A stretch of DNA of 47,077 bases. Origin: Verrucomicrobiota bacterium. Its GTDB lineage: Bacteria > Verrucomicrobiota > Kiritimatiellia > CAIQIC01 > JAGNIJ01. The translations under genes were made by a program, and so were the position numbers. Positions 26,843-39,900 of this stretch are shown here, piece after piece. Numbering within the stretch: position 1 is the stretch's first letter; each line of letters starts with the position of its first letter. A model generated the notes under the pieces. The model saw nothing but the letters and a program-made list of their open reading frames with translations, did not search any database and had not been told where the DNA came from. Location: NCBI GenBank assembly GCA_018823105.1, contig JAHJJH010000224.1, positions 1-47,077 on the forward strand. The letters run 5' to 3'.

Positions 26843-26855
26843 TGGAACTTTCCAA
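26770..26855. repeat. Short array of TTCCAA-N3-TTGGAA palindromes (3 full copies + 1 half)
   Basis: TTCCAA at 26770, 26802, 26833, 26850; the first three are followed after 3 nt by TTGG(G)AA. Confidence 0.85.
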
Positions 26856-26945
26856 ACGTCTCATAAAAAAACTTCGCGGTTTTCACTTTCTATTCTGCCG
26901 CACCACGGAAGAAAATGGCAGTTTCTTTTTATGCGGGGCACGGGG

Positions 26946-26972
26946 AATAAAAAGCCTTTGCCGAGGAGGCTT
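26946..26972 (-). terminator. Possible intrinsic terminator after the radical SAM gene
   Basis: Minus strand AAGCCT-loop-AGGCTT followed by TTTATT, ~30 nt after the stop at 27001. Confidence 0.35.
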
Positions 26973-27000
26973 CAAATCGGAACACCTGGATCACAGTTAA

Positions 27001-28020
27001 TTAAGTGTGATCCGGGGTCTTTCTAGGTTCCGGGGCCGGGGAACGGTTGCCGCGGAAGACTTCACGGGCGCGGAAGTCGGGCATGAAGTCCGTCGTGTCG
27101 CGCAGGTGCTGAACGTAGGCATACCGGAAGCCCAACTCCTCCACCCGATCCACAACGCGGCGGTGCTCGTCCGGGGTCAGGCCCTGCGCCAGTTCGCCAC
27201 GCTCGAAACAGGCCGGCACGGGCCGGAACTGGCTCATGACAGAAATCGGCAGATGCGCACCGAACTCCGCGTGCAGGAAATCCAGCACGGCCAGGCTGTT
27301 CTCGACGTGCCCGGGGAGGACGAGATGGCGCACCAGCACGCCCTGCCGGGCCGGCTCCGCCCCGGTCGGATCCCAGGGTGAGAGAAAACCTTTCGCCTCG
27401 ACCATCCGGCGGAGCGCCTCGAGCGCAATCCGCGGATACCCGGGATCACCCATGCATTGCCGGGCCAGTTCGGGCTCGGCGAATTTGAAGTCGGGCATGA
27501 ACATATCCATCACGCCCGCATATTCCCCAACGAGCCCGGGCTCCTGGTAGCCCGAGCTGTTGAAGAGAAACGGAATGTCCACCCCGGCCTCGCGGACGCG
27601 ATGACAAAGCCACTCGATGTGCGGCCAGAAGTGGTCCGGGGTGACAAAGTTGAGATTGTGTACGCGCCCCGGACCCGTCATCGAAAGCGCTGCCGCCCGC
27701 AGTTCATGCGGGGCCATCTCGACGCCGTTGTGTTCGATGGAGATCTGGTAGTTCTGGCAGAAGAAACACCGGCTGGAACAGCCGCTGAAAAAAATCGTGC
27801 CCGAACCGCGGGTCCCCGAGAAAGAAGGCTCCTCGCCGAAATGCGGACCGTACGAAGCGACGCGGCAGGCGGCGGATTCGCCGCAGACGCCGCGCTCCCC
27901 CGCCACGCGATCCACGCCGCACCGGCGCGGGCAAAGCCGGCACTCCCGATAGCGATCCAGCGAAACCGTATCGGTGGGAACCTGCTTGCTTTTCGTTCGT
28001 TCCGCTTCCATACTGATCAT
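27001..28020 (-). CDS. Radical SAM protein, PflX-like (PFL-activating-enzyme-related)
   Basis: 'CRLCPRRCGVDR', 'HFGEEP..SGTRGSGTIFFSGC...CFFCQNYQIS' (CxxxCxxC), 'NLNFVTP.H', 'VRHLVLPG'. Start may be ATG 28011. Confidence 0.88.
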   Translation of the reverse strand: MISMEAERTKSKQVPTDTVSLDRYRECRLCPRRCGVDRVAGERGVCGESAACRVASYGPHFGEEPSFSGTRGSGTIFFSGCSSRCFFCQNYQISIEHNGVEMAPHELRAAALSMTGPGRVHNLNFVTPDHFWPHIEWLCHRVREAGVDIPFLFNSSGYQEPGLVGEYAGVMDMFMPDFKFAEPELARQCMGDPGYPRIALEALRRMVEAKGFLSPWDPTGAEPARQGVLVRHLVLPGHVENSLAVLDFLHAEFGAHLPISVMSQFRPVPACFERGELAQGLTPDEHRRVVDRVEELGFRYAYVQHLRDTTDFMPDFRAREVFRGNRSPAPEPRKTPDHT

Positions 28021-28068
28021 AGGAGGAACTGGGAGATTATCTTTCGTTTCTATTCATCAGGATAGACC

Positions 28069-29184
28069 ATGTATCTTCCGCAAGCCAGCGTGACGGAGAT
28101 CCTGGCCGCCGCCTCGAAGCTGAACCCGTCGGCGGACGAGGCGCTGATGATTCTCGTGGCCGAACAGAACGCCCCTGATTTGGACGTATTACGACGGGCG
28201 CTGGCGGAGAAGGGCGTTCGCTTTTTCGGCGGCATTTTTCCCGCGGTAATCGCGGGGGCGCGCACTCATCTCGAAGGGGCCATCATGACCGCGTTGCCCG
28301 TCCTGGCGCCGCCCCGCGTGTTTCCAAATCTTGATCATGAAGATCTGGTCGTGCCCGACCTGGAGATCCCCGCCGACGATTCGCTCACGGTCATCCTGCT
28401 GGTGGATGGCCTGGGCGCAGGGATTCCCGAGTTCCTGGCGGGCGTCTTCGGCCAACTGGGTCCGGCGGCGCACTACCTGGGCGGCGGCGCGGGAACGCCC
28501 ATGACACAGCGACCCTGTATCTTCACGGCAGAGGGCGTCTTCCAGAACGCCGCCGTCCTGGCCTTCGTCCCTTGGCGCGGTTCGCTGGGCGTGCAGCACG
28601 GCCTGAAGCGCCTGGACGGCCCCATCGTGGTCACGGCCGCGCATCACAACGTGGTGAAGGAAATGAACTGGCGCCCGGCGTTCGAGGTCTACCGGGCCAT
28701 CGTCGAGCGGGACGCCGGGCACCCGCTGACGCCGGAGAACTTCTACCGCGAGGGCCGCGCCTGGGCCTACCCCTTCGGTCTGGTTCGCGAGGGCGTCGAG
28801 GACGTCGTGCGTGAACCGTTGCTGGTAACCGTCGACGGCGGCATCCAGTGCGGGGGGGGCGTTCCGGAAAACACGGTGCTGCACGTGATGAAAGGGCAAT
28901 CCCAGGATCTCATCGCGGCGGCCCGGAAGGCCGCCGAAACCGCCGCGCGCGGCGCGCAGGGCCGGCCGCGCTATGCCCTGGTCTGCGACTGCATCTCGCG
29001 ACAGTTTTTCCTGGGCCAACACATGGCCGATGAACTCGAAGCTGTGGCCCGGGAAGTCCGCAAGACGGACGCCGGCCTCGAGCCGGAAGGCATGCTGACC
29101 CTGGGCGAAATTTCATCCTCCGGTGAAAGCGTTCTCGACTTTTTCAACAAGACCATCGTCGTGGGAATTCTCTCCGATGGATGA
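28069..29184 (+). CDS. FIST-domain signal transduction protein (FIST_N + FIST_C)
   Basis: 'FFGGIFPAVI', 'LVDGL', 'YLGGGAG', 'VQHG', 'NWRPAFEVY', 'DCISR..FLG....EL', 'G.LTLGEI', 'FFNKTIVVG'. Confidence 0.85.
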   Translation: MYLPQASVTEILAAASKLNPSADEALMILVAEQNAPDLDVLRRALAEKGVRFFGGIFPAVIAGARTHLEGAIMTALPVLAPPRVFPNLDHEDLVVPDLEIPADDSLTVILLVDGLGAGIPEFLAGVFGQLGPAAHYLGGGAGTPMTQRPCIFTAEGVFQNAAVLAFVPWRGSLGVQHGLKRLDGPIVVTAAHHNVVKEMNWRPAFEVYRAIVERDAGHPLTPENFYREGRAWAYPFGLVREGVEDVVREPLLVTVDGGIQCGGGVPENTVLHVMKGQSQDLIAAARKAAETAARGAQGRPRYALVCDCISRQFFLGQHMADELEAVAREVRKTDAGLEPEGMLTLGEISSSGESVLDFFNKTIVVGILSDG

Positions 29185-31252
29185 ACAACACCCCAGCGAC
29201 ATCACGGGGGCGATCTCCCTCCTCTACGAACTGGCGCTGTCCACGGGGCACAGCCTGGACCTGGAGGCCAACTGCGACCGATTCATCCGGACCCTGCTCG
29301 CGCGCAAAAACCTGGCCTTCGGCTCGGTCTGGCTGACCGTCGAAGCCCTGGACGACGTGAATACCGGGGATACAAAACCCGGCGATGTCCAACTGGCATA
29401 CGCCAACCCTCATTTCCGCATCCGGGAGACACGCCTGCCGGCCGATCATCCCCTGCTTCGCAAACTGGCCGGGGAAGAGTTTTTCTCGGCCACGGCCGGG
29501 GAGCCGGGCTTTGAAGACCTGGTGACCGAGAAGGGGATTACCGGCGGCGTGTTCGCCGTGTATTCGCTGGGGACGATCGGATTCCTGAAGCTGTATTCCC
29601 TGACGCGACGGACAGCGTTTCCCCGGGTGGAACTCAACTCCCTTCGCCAGGTGATCGCCAAGTTCGCCGTCTCGCTGGAGGGGTGTCTGGCGCACCGCCA
29701 GCTCGCGCGCAAGATCGAGGAGCGTGACCACGCCGAGGGTGAGCGGCGGCGCCTGGCCATGGTGGTCGAACAGATGGCGGACAGCGTGATCATCACGGAC
29801 ACCCACGGAACCATTCAGTACGTCAATCCCGCCTTCGAGCATTGGACGGGTTATTCCGCCGGCGAGACCGCCGGCCTGACTCCGCGCCTGTTGAAAAGCG
29901 GCCGGCATCCGCCGGCGTTCTACGAGGCCATGTGGAAAACCCTGTTGGCCGGCGAAACCTGGCGCGGCCAGATCGTCAACCGGCTCAAGAACGGGAACCT
30001 GGCGACGTGCGACACCGTCATCGTGCCCGCGCGGGACGAAAAAGGCGCCCCCACCGGATTTGTCGCCGTATTGCGCGACATCACCCGGTTACTGGAAGTG
30101 GAAGAGCAGTATGCGCACGCGCAGAAAATGGAGTCTATTGGCCGCCTGACCGGGGGCATCGCGCACGATTTCAACAACACCCTGACCGCGGTGCTCGGAT
30201 TCAGTTCGCTGCTCCTGGAGAAAACCGGCGAGGACGATCCGGACCGCCAAAACCTGGAGCAAATCATGATGGCCGGCGAGCGGGCCGCCAACCTGACCCG
30301 CCAGTTACTCACCTTCAGCCATCCGCCGCTGGCCGAAATGCGCGTGCTGGACCTCAACGCCCTCGTGGTCAATGCCTGCCACCTGTTGCGGCGTTCGCTG
30401 GGCGAGGACGTGGACCTGGTAACGCTGCTCGACGAACACGCCGGCAACGTCCGGGCGGACGCCAGCCTGCTCAACCAGATCGTCATGAACCTGGCCCTCA
30501 ACGCGCGGGACGCCATGCCGCGCGGCGGACAATTGACGATCCGGACGGCCCCGGCTGAACTCGATCAGGACTTCTGCGCGAGGCAAGGCGGCCTCGCCCC
30601 CGGTTCCTATGTTCTGTTGGGTGTGCGCGACACGGGCACCGGTATGAGCGAGGAGGTGCGGCGCCGCGCCTTCGAACCCTTCTTCACCACCAAGTCAGAC
30701 GGAAAAGGCACCGGGCTGGGGTTGTCCGTCGTGTACGGCATCGCCCACCGCCTCGGCGGCTGTGTCGAACTGGAGAGCCGGCCGGAGGCCGGCACCGAGG
30801 CGCGGTTCTGGCTGCCGCGCGTCGAGGGGCGGGGCGACACCCTCCCCGTGGAACTGGAGGGGAAAGTGGTCGGCGGCCGCGAAACCCTCCTGCTCGTCGA
30901 GGACGAGGCCATGGTGCGGGACCTGGCCACCCAGCTGCTCCGCTCGCTGGGATACAGCGTGCTCGAAGCCGGTGGCGGCGAGGAGGCCCTGGCCCTCCTC
31001 CGGAGCTACCGCGACCGGCTGGACCTGGTCCTGACCGACGTGGTCATGCCACAGATGGACGGCGTGGAACTGACGCTGCGGATGCGCCAGGAGCGGCCGG
31101 AATTGAAGGTGCTCTACATGTCCGGCTTCGCGGACAACGCCTTCGCCGAGCGGGGCTTGATCCTCGACCCCCGGCAGTTGATCCGCAAACCCTTCACGCG
31201 CGAGACCCTCGCGCGCAAGATCCGCGAAGTCCTGGATGCCCCGGAGGCGTAG
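29177..31252 (+). CDS. Cytoplasmic hybrid sensor histidine kinase (GAF-like + PAS/PAC + HisKA + HATPase + REC)
   Basis: PAS 'ITDTHGTIQYVNPAFE'; H-box 'GGIAHDFNN'; 'NLALNARDAMP', 'DTGTGM', 'FEPFFTTK..GKGTGLGL'; REC 'LLVEDE', 'LTDVVMP'. ATG 29177 overlaps the FIST 3' end. Confidence 0.92.
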   Translation: MDEQHPSDITGAISLLYELALSTGHSLDLEANCDRFIRTLLARKNLAFGSVWLTVEALDDVNTGDTKPGDVQLAYANPHFRIRETRLPADHPLLRKLAGEEFFSATAGEPGFEDLVTEKGITGGVFAVYSLGTIGFLKLYSLTRRTAFPRVELNSLRQVIAKFAVSLEGCLAHRQLARKIEERDHAEGERRRLAMVVEQMADSVIITDTHGTIQYVNPAFEHWTGYSAGETAGLTPRLLKSGRHPPAFYEAMWKTLLAGETWRGQIVNRLKNGNLATCDTVIVPARDEKGAPTGFVAVLRDITRLLEVEEQYAHAQKMESIGRLTGGIAHDFNNTLTAVLGFSSLLLEKTGEDDPDRQNLEQIMMAGERAANLTRQLLTFSHPPLAEMRVLDLNALVVNACHLLRRSLGEDVDLVTLLDEHAGNVRADASLLNQIVMNLALNARDAMPRGGQLTIRTAPAELDQDFCARQGGLAPGSYVLLGVRDTGTGMSEEVRRRAFEPFFTTKSDGKGTGLGLSVVYGIAHRLGGCVELESRPEAGTEARFWLPRVEGRGDTLPVELEGKVVGGRETLLLVEDEAMVRDLATQLLRSLGYSVLEAGGGEEALALLRSYRDRLDLVLTDVVMPQMDGVELTLRMRQERPELKVLYMSGFADNAFAERGLILDPRQLIRKPFTRETLARKIREVLDAPEA

Positions 31253-31331
31253 CCCCGGGCACTGGCGAGGGGAATTCCGCTCGCTCACCCCGCTTCGCCC
31301 GGGGCTTTGCAGGGCGAGCGCTCACGGCTAC
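31249..31331. repeat. GTAG...CTAC-bounded palindromic REP-like element between convergent genes
   Basis: GTAGCC at 31249 and GGCTAC ending at 31331; AGCCCCGGGC (31251-60) pairs with GCCCGGGGCT (31297-306). Confidence 0.6.
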
Positions 31332-31334
31332 GAC

Positions 31335-33524
<2,190 letters not shown>

Positions 33525-33563
33525 GCCGCTCTCTTCATAGACGGGCGCCGATGAGCCGCGCCC

Positions 33564-34856
33564 CTACCTTGGCTCCTCGACCCGGGGCGCGCCGCGCAGG
33601 TTCAAGGCCCTAAGGGCCAGAAGGATGTCCACGGCGCGGCGCAGCGCCGGATCTCCACGCACGCGCTCCCGCAGGAGGCGATGCTCTTTTCCCTCCGCCT
33701 GCAGCCGGCCCCTCGCATCCGGCTCCGGCTCGTAGTCAACTTGGCCACCCTCGGCGCCGTTGAGGGTCACATCCGGCTCCACGCTTTCGCGCCCGTTGAA
33801 TACGGAACCGTCGGCCATGACCAGTCGCCGGATCGCCAGGTAAAGGTATCCGCCGCCGGGACAGGGAATGATCTCGCGCACACCGGGATCGCCGCGCGTA
33901 GGGTAGCCGATGAGCATGGCGCCGCGCAGACTGTGGGTAAAAACAGCGGCCAGCGCCTCCGCGGCGCCCTCGGTGTCGCCGTCGGTCAAGACCATGACCG
34001 GGGCGTCGAGGCCGGTCCCGCCGGACGCACGGAAAACCTCCATGTCCTGGTCTTGTGAGCTCCGCAGCGAGAAAAGCAGCGCCCCCTCCGGCGCGAAAAG
34101 ACGGGCCACGTCGGCCGCGGCGGCCAGATTGGTGCCCCCGGCGCCTCGCAGATCCAGGACAATGCCGCAGTAATTCGTCCCATCCCAGCCGCGCAACGCC
34201 GGAATGATTTCTTTCGACGCCCCTTTATACAAGCCGTTCAGCCGCAGATAGCCGATCCCGACCGGCAAATCCTCCGCGCTTGCCACGGACGACTGCTGGA
34301 GGCGCGCGGTGGCTATTTCCACCTCCTGCGTTTCCGCCCCTCGCAGGAAGCTGACGCGGATCCGGTCGCCGGGCCCGACCCGAAGCAGGCCGCGCACTTC
34401 CCAGTCCTTGAGACCGGCCACGGCCCCGCCGTCGATGAATTCCAGCCGGTCCCCCGCCTGTATACCGGCCTCGGCGGCGGGCGATTTCTCCACGACCTCC
34501 GTGACCTTCGGGGCACCGTTGGCCACCCGGAGGCGCACACCTGTTTCATACACCAGGCCGGCCAGGCGATCCTGCAAAGCCGCGCGCTCCTCCTCGTTCA
34601 GCCAGCGCCCCTGGGGATCAGCGCTTTTCACCATCGCCGAAACAGCGGCCCGGCGCGCGGTTTCGGTGTCGAGGGTCAGGCCGTGCTGCTCCAACAGCGC
34701 GGCCAGTTGCTCCACCGCGGGCACGGCGTCCCGCTTTAGCGACGGCGCCGGGGACGGAGCGGGCTCTGCCGGGGTTGCATTCGTGGCCGGCGGCTCCGCG
34801 GCGGAAAGGCCAACGGCCATGCCCAGAACGATGAACAGGATGATGAGCTTCCTCAT
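33564..34856 (-). CDS. Secreted S41/CtpA-like PDZ protein, probably catalytically inactive
   Basis: Signal peptide, PDZ '[12 protein letters not shown]', 'IGYLRL', 'VLDLRG.GG'; expected active-site motifs read 'TEGAAE' and 'TRGD'. Confidence 0.8.
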   Translation of the reverse strand: MRKLIILFIVLGMAVGLSAAEPPATNATPAEPAPSPAPSLKRDAVPAVEQLAALLEQHGLTLDTETARRAAVSAMVKSADPQGRWLNEEERAALQDRLAGLVYETGVRLRVANGAPKVTEVVEKSPAAEAGIQAGDRLEFIDGGAVAGLKDWEVRGLLRVGPGDRIRVSFLRGAETQEVEIATARLQQSSVASAEDLPVGIGYLRLNGLYKGASKEIIPALRGWDGTNYCGIVLDLRGAGGTNLAAAADVARLFAPEGALLFSLRSSQDQDMEVFRASGGTGLDAPVMVLTDGDTEGAAEALAAVFTHSLRGAMLIGYPTRGDPGVREIIPCPGGGYLYLAIRRLVMADGSVFNGRESVEPDVTLNGAEGGQVDYEPEPDARGRLQAEGKEHRLLRERVRGDPALRRAVDILLALRALNLRGAPRVEEPR

Positions 34857-35494
34857 TTCTTTTTCTCCCCAACCGCGTTAGTAGCCCGTCCATACTTGTC
34901 TGGACGCGCCGTGGGTAGGGCGGCTTGGCTCAAGCCGCCGCGGCGCGCTCGGCGAGCGCGCCCTACCTGTTTTGATGTCCACTTCAGTCTGGACCGAGTC
35001 GCAAGTCGTCGATTTCCGGCTTCCACTTTCTTCTTCATCGCGCGCTTGTGCCGCTCCAGGCGTCGCCGCAGGTCCGGACGGCCCAGCGCCAGGATCTGCA
35101 CCGCCAGCAGCGCGGCGTTGATCGCGCCGGCCTTGTCCATCGCCACGGTGGCCACGGGCACGCCCGCCGGCATCTGGACGGTCGCCAGAAGCGCGTCCAG
35201 GCCGTCCAGCGCGCCCCCCCCCACGGGAACGCCGATCACCGGCAGCGTGGTATTCGCCGCCAGCGCCCCGGCCAGGTGGGCGGCGCCGCCCGCCGCCGCA
35301 ATCAGAATCTTGAGACCGCGCCGGGCCGCCGAACGGGCATACGCCGCCGCCAGTGCCGGCGTGCGGTGCGCGGAAAGGACGCGGGCTTCGTATTCGACAC
35401 CGAAATCGCGAAGGGTAGCCGCGGTATACTCGACCACCGGCCAGTCCGAATCGCTGCCCATCAGCACGCCTACCTCGGCCCTTGTTTTTTTCAT
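34853..35494 (-). CDS. purE: N5-CAIR mutase with C-terminal extension containing REP-like sequence
   Basis: '[10 protein letters not shown]', 'SAHRTP', 'AGGAAHLAG', 'PVIGVP', '[12 protein letters not shown]'. Confidence 0.95.
   Translation of the reverse strand: MKKTRAEVGVLMGSDSDWPVVEYTAATLRDFGVEYEARVLSAHRTPALAAAYARSAARRGLKILIAAAGGAAHLAGALAANTTLPVIGVPVGGGALDGLDALLATVQMPAGVPVATVAMDKAGAINAALLAVQILALGRPDLRRRLERHKRAMKKKVEAGNRRLATRSRLKWTSKQVGRARRARRGGLSQAALPTARPDKYGRATNAVGEKKK
34881..34967. repeat. Cluster of three GTAG-type REP-like hairpins inside the purE 3' end
   Basis: GTAGCC-CGTCCA..TGGACG (34881-906); GGTAG-GGCGGCTTG..CAAGCCGCC (34914-39); GGCGCGCTC..GAGCGCGCC-CTACC (34942-67). Confidence 0.8.
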
Positions 35495-36771
35495 CGCTGC
35501 AAACCCCGCGCGCCAATATCCCGGCGAAATTGGGCCCGGTCAAACCGGATTCTTTCCACCGCCCCGTAAGCGCGGTCCCTCGCTTCGCGCAAGTTCGCGC
35601 CCCGAGCCGTCACGCCCAGCACCCGGCCACCCGCCGTCATCACCCGGCCGCCGGTCAGACGGGTGCCGGCATGGAATACCACAACGCCCTCCAGCGCGGA
35701 AGCCTCTTCCAGTCCAGAAATGGGCAGGTCCGCGTCATAACGACCCGGATAGCCGCCCGCGGCCATGACGACACACACGCAGGCTTCCGGCGTCCAGGCC
35801 AGACGGACGCGTTCCAGGTTCCCCTCCGCACAAGCCAAAAGCGCGGGAAGGATATCGCCTTCCCATCGTGGCAGGATAGCCTGCGTTTCCGGATCGCCGA
35901 ACCGGCAGTTGAATTCCAGGACCTTCGGCCCGTCGGCCGTCAGCATGAGGCCGGCGTAGAGCACGCCTCGGTAAACGATCCCGCGGCGAGTGAGTTCGGA
36001 CAGTGTGCGCTCAAAGACCTCGCTCCGAACTGTTCTCCACTGCTTCTCGTCAAGAATCGGGGCCGGGGAATAAGCGCCCATCCCGCCCGTGTTAGGCCCG
36101 GTGTCGCCATCCCCCACCCGCTTGTGGTCCTGCGCCGAGGCGAGCAGTTCGATCTGTTTTCCGTCGGTGAGCGCCAGGACGGAAACCTCCTCGCCCTCCA
36201 GGCGTTCTTCCACCAGCACCTCGAGCCCGGCCTCGCCGAACGCACGGCGGATCAGGGCCTCCTCGACAGCGGCGGCCGCCTCGGCGGCCGTGTCGCACAC
36301 CGTCACGCCTTTCCCGGCGGCCAGGCCATCCGCCTTGACCACGAGACGGCCGGGCTGGCGCCGGACATACGCCATGGCCTCCTCCGCGCGGGTGAAGCGG
36401 GCGGCGCGTGCGCTCGGTACGCCAGCAGACGCCATAATCTCCTTGGCAAAAGCCTTGCTGCCTTCCAGCCGGGCCCCGTCGCGGCCGGGACCAAAAACGC
36501 GAAGTCCTTCGGCCTCCAGCCGATCCGACAGGCCGGCGCAGAGGGGGGCTTCGGGTCCGATCACGGTCAGGTCGGGCCGGTTTTCCCGCGCCCAAGCGAC
36601 CAGGCCGTCCGGGTCGGAGGCCTGAATCGGGACATTTCCAGCGACCTGCGCGGTTCCGGCGTTACCGGGCGCGCAGAAGACGGCTGGCCGGCTGGAATCC
36701 CTGGCGATTTTCCACGCCAGCGCGTGTTCCCGGCCGCCGCCGCCCACAATTAGAATCTTGGGGTCCGCCAT
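35491..36771 (-). CDS. purD: Phosphoribosylamine-glycine ligase
   Basis: '[15 protein letters not shown]', 'APGNAG', 'LEGSKAFAK', '[11 protein letters not shown]', '[12 protein letters not shown]', '[10 protein letters not shown]'. Start MADPK at 36771. Confidence 0.96.
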   Translation of the reverse strand: MADPKILIVGGGGREHALAWKIARDSSRPAVFCAPGNAGTAQVAGNVPIQASDPDGLVAWARENRPDLTVIGPEAPLCAGLSDRLEAEGLRVFGPGRDGARLEGSKAFAKEIMASAGVPSARAARFTRAEEAMAYVRRQPGRLVVKADGLAAGKGVTVCDTAAEAAAAVEEALIRRAFGEAGLEVLVEERLEGEEVSVLALTDGKQIELLASAQDHKRVGDGDTGPNTGGMGAYSPAPILDEKQWRTVRSEVFERTLSELTRRGIVYRGVLYAGLMLTADGPKVLEFNCRFGDPETQAILPRWEGDILPALLACAEGNLERVRLAWTPEACVCVVMAAGGYPGRYDADLPISGLEEASALEGVVVFHAGTRLTGGRVMTAGGRVLGVTARGANLREARDRAYGAVERIRFDRAQFRRDIGARGLQR

Positions 36772-36962
36772 ACGGCCCCGGGACCATACCGGACGGGCGG
36801 GCCGCGGACAAGGCGGGATTGAAACCTGTGAGCGTGGAGCCGGGGCGACCTCGCCCCGGCCGAATTTGCGGCTATTGAAGGTGGACAATGAGACGGGTAC
36901 TTGTTACCTAGATGCCCATTGGCTTCGGGCAGTCCAGGCAAATGGAGTTTCTCGTGAAAACA

Positions 36963-39900
36963 ATGCGTACCCGGTCCCTGTGGGCAATGATACTGGTGCC
37001 TGTCCTCCTGGCCGCGCCGGCGTTCGGCGAGGCGTATCGAGGCCAGATGAACCAATGGGGCACGAACTGGATGTCCCAGGACACCACCTTCGGCAGCGTG
37101 TGGCAGGTGACCGTGGTCGCCACGAACACGAGCGCCACCTCCACGTTCAAGTTTGATCGCAAGGGCGACTGGACCACGAACTGGGGCAGCGGCGCATCTT
37201 ATACCGGCGCGGTGAAAAACTCCAACGTGGGGCAGTGTCGCATCAACCCCAACAGCAACCTGACCAATTCCGAGGTCAACGGACGCAGTTACACCTTCCG
37301 CCTCGAAGGCGAGGGCCACTGGTGGTACCGGCCTTTCGTGGTGATGGAGACAGACAGCACCCCCGTTTGGCCCCTCGCCGTTTCGGACGGGCACGTCCAG
37401 GACCCCGCGACCAACCCGGTGGCCGTCAGCATTAAGATGAGTGCCGCGTTGAGTACGCAAGAGACGGTCTGGGTCCGTTACGCCACGAATTCCGATTTCT
37501 CCGCCGCTCGGATCACCGCGGCAACGGGGAGTTCGACCAACTACAGCGCCACGCTGCCCGGCGGGCATAATCCGGGCGCGCGCGTGTACTACTACGTGCT
37601 GACCTCGACGATGCCGTCCAACCTGATCGCGGGCAAGCCCGATCTCTGCACGCTGCGCGGGACCAACAACGCGGGCGCGAACTGGACGTACCGGCCCGGC
37701 GGCGGGAACTGCTGGCATCACCCGACCAATGTCCAGCCCGGCACGGCGACCATGCGCAATCCCGTGACCAACGCGGCGCCGTCGGCCCCGGTCTATTTCT
37801 ACGACGGCAATTTCTTCACCAACGGCTGGGCCATGGGCAACCAGACGGGCGCCACGCTGTACCATCGGCTGAAAGGCTCGGGCGGCGGCTGGACCGCGAC
37901 CAACGCCTGGTACGATTCCTCGAGCGGCAACAACAAGTGGTGGCAAATGAATATCCCCGGCGGGGCGTACGCGGCCACCAACGAGGTCGAGTATTATATT
38001 CTCGTCAGCTACAGCGACTACGACACCACCTACCTGGGCACGACCAACAACCTCGCTTCGAAGACCTACGTCGTCGAGGCCAGCGCGCAGGCGGCGGCCT
38101 TCAGCTTCCGGTACGGGTCGAGCACCAACCTGGGCAACTGCTGGCACATCCCGGCCAACGTGGAGCCGCCGGGCGCCTACATGCGCAACCCGCCGTACGC
38201 GTTCTCGAACAACGCCGTGTACGTCTACAACGGCAACCAGTTCCAGGGCGCCGGCAACGCGGCCGACCAGAGCGGCGGCACGCTGTACCACCGGCTGATC
38301 GGCGCTGGTTCGTGGAGCGCCACCAACCTTGCGTTCGACAGCCAGCAGGGCAACAACAAGTACTGGTACAGCATCATTCCCGTCGGCGCCTACAAGGCGA
38401 CCAACGTGGTTCAATACTACCTTAAGGCCACCTACACCGACCGCGACACGACCTACATCGGCACAACCAATGCCGGAGAGGGCAGCCTGACTTACGGGGC
38501 CGAGGGCGACGCGCAGGGGAATCCGTTCACGTTCACGTACGGCGGGGAACCCGGCACGGAGGCCGGCTATATCTGGCACAATTCCAACCGGGTCAACGTA
38601 GCGGCGGGGTCGGTCCAGTTCTGGGCCAAGATCGGCTACGCGCAGGGTGCGGGGAGCAATCGCTGGGTGGAGCAGGCCTGTCTCTACTACACCACCAACG
38701 ACGCGTCCGTGGCGGTGTCGGACAAGGGCACCGGCGGCGTGAACACGCTGGTCCAGGAACTCACCTTCGACCACGTGGAAGAAGATTCTTCCGAGAACGG
38801 CAACGCGATGTGGTGGATGGGCACGCTCACCGGCCTGCCGCTGACGGGCAACATCCGCTACAAGATCGGCGCGTGGAACGGCGCGGGAACTCAACGCTTC
38901 GCGGAATACAACACCGAGGGGACGGACAATAAGGAGTTCGTCTTCTCGCTCTACGTCGCCGGGGCCGACGGGCTGACCGTGAACGGGGTCAACGCCGACT
39001 ACACGACGACCAAGTTTTTCGTGGACGAGCGCGCGGGCGAGACCAACTACGTGTCGGTCCAGTACACCATCCCCGGCGTCACGGCCATCGAGAAGGCGGA
39101 AATCTTCTCCAACCTCGACCGTCGCGACTGGGCGGACGTGGACTACAACAGCGACGGCACCCCGGACGGCATCAACCCGCCGCTGGGCGCCAGCATCACC
39201 ACGAACGACACCGGCGCTTACTTCAGGGCCTACCCGATGCAATTGCTGGGCGGGCGCTCCTACTGCTGGACGGGCACGGCCAGCAAGTGCGGGGCGTACC
39301 GGTTGACGGGGCGCTACAAGCTGTCCGGCGACACGAACTGGTACTGGTACAGCAGCGACGGGCGCCGGGACCACGCGATCGTGGTCTCGCCGAAGAAGGC
39401 GCTGGGCATGACCCTGTACGAGGTCAACCCGCTGACGGTCAAGGCCACGAGCAACGACAAGAACGGGCGCAGCACGTTCGACGATCTGCTCGACGGCGAC
39501 CCGGACAGCTTCACGAACTTCAATCTGGGCTACCTGAACAAGCTGCAGGTCAACTGCCTGTGGTTCCAGCCGATCCACCCCAGCGCTGAAACCACGCGCG
39601 GCGACCCGAGTGGCTACGACCCCGGCAGCCCATACGCCACGCGCAACTACTTCGCCGTGTCGAGCAACATGGCCGCCGACGGGACGGAATCCGGCGCGAT
39701 GAGCGAGTTCACGAACTTCGTGCATCGGTGCGACACCAACGCCACCAGCGTCGGAACCATTAACATCATGCTCGACGGGGTGTTCAACCACACCGCGTGG
39801 GACGCGGTCATGGGCCAAGGCGGCGTGGACCTGGGATATGCGGCGACCGCCGACCAGAGCATGCCCGGTAACCGGCCGGGCTGGTATTCTTACTGGGAGG

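Noticed and set aside
26770-26855. Possible mini-CRISPR array
   Set aside because: Repeats are only 15-16 bp with ~16-nt spacers, there are three copies, and no cas genes are present.
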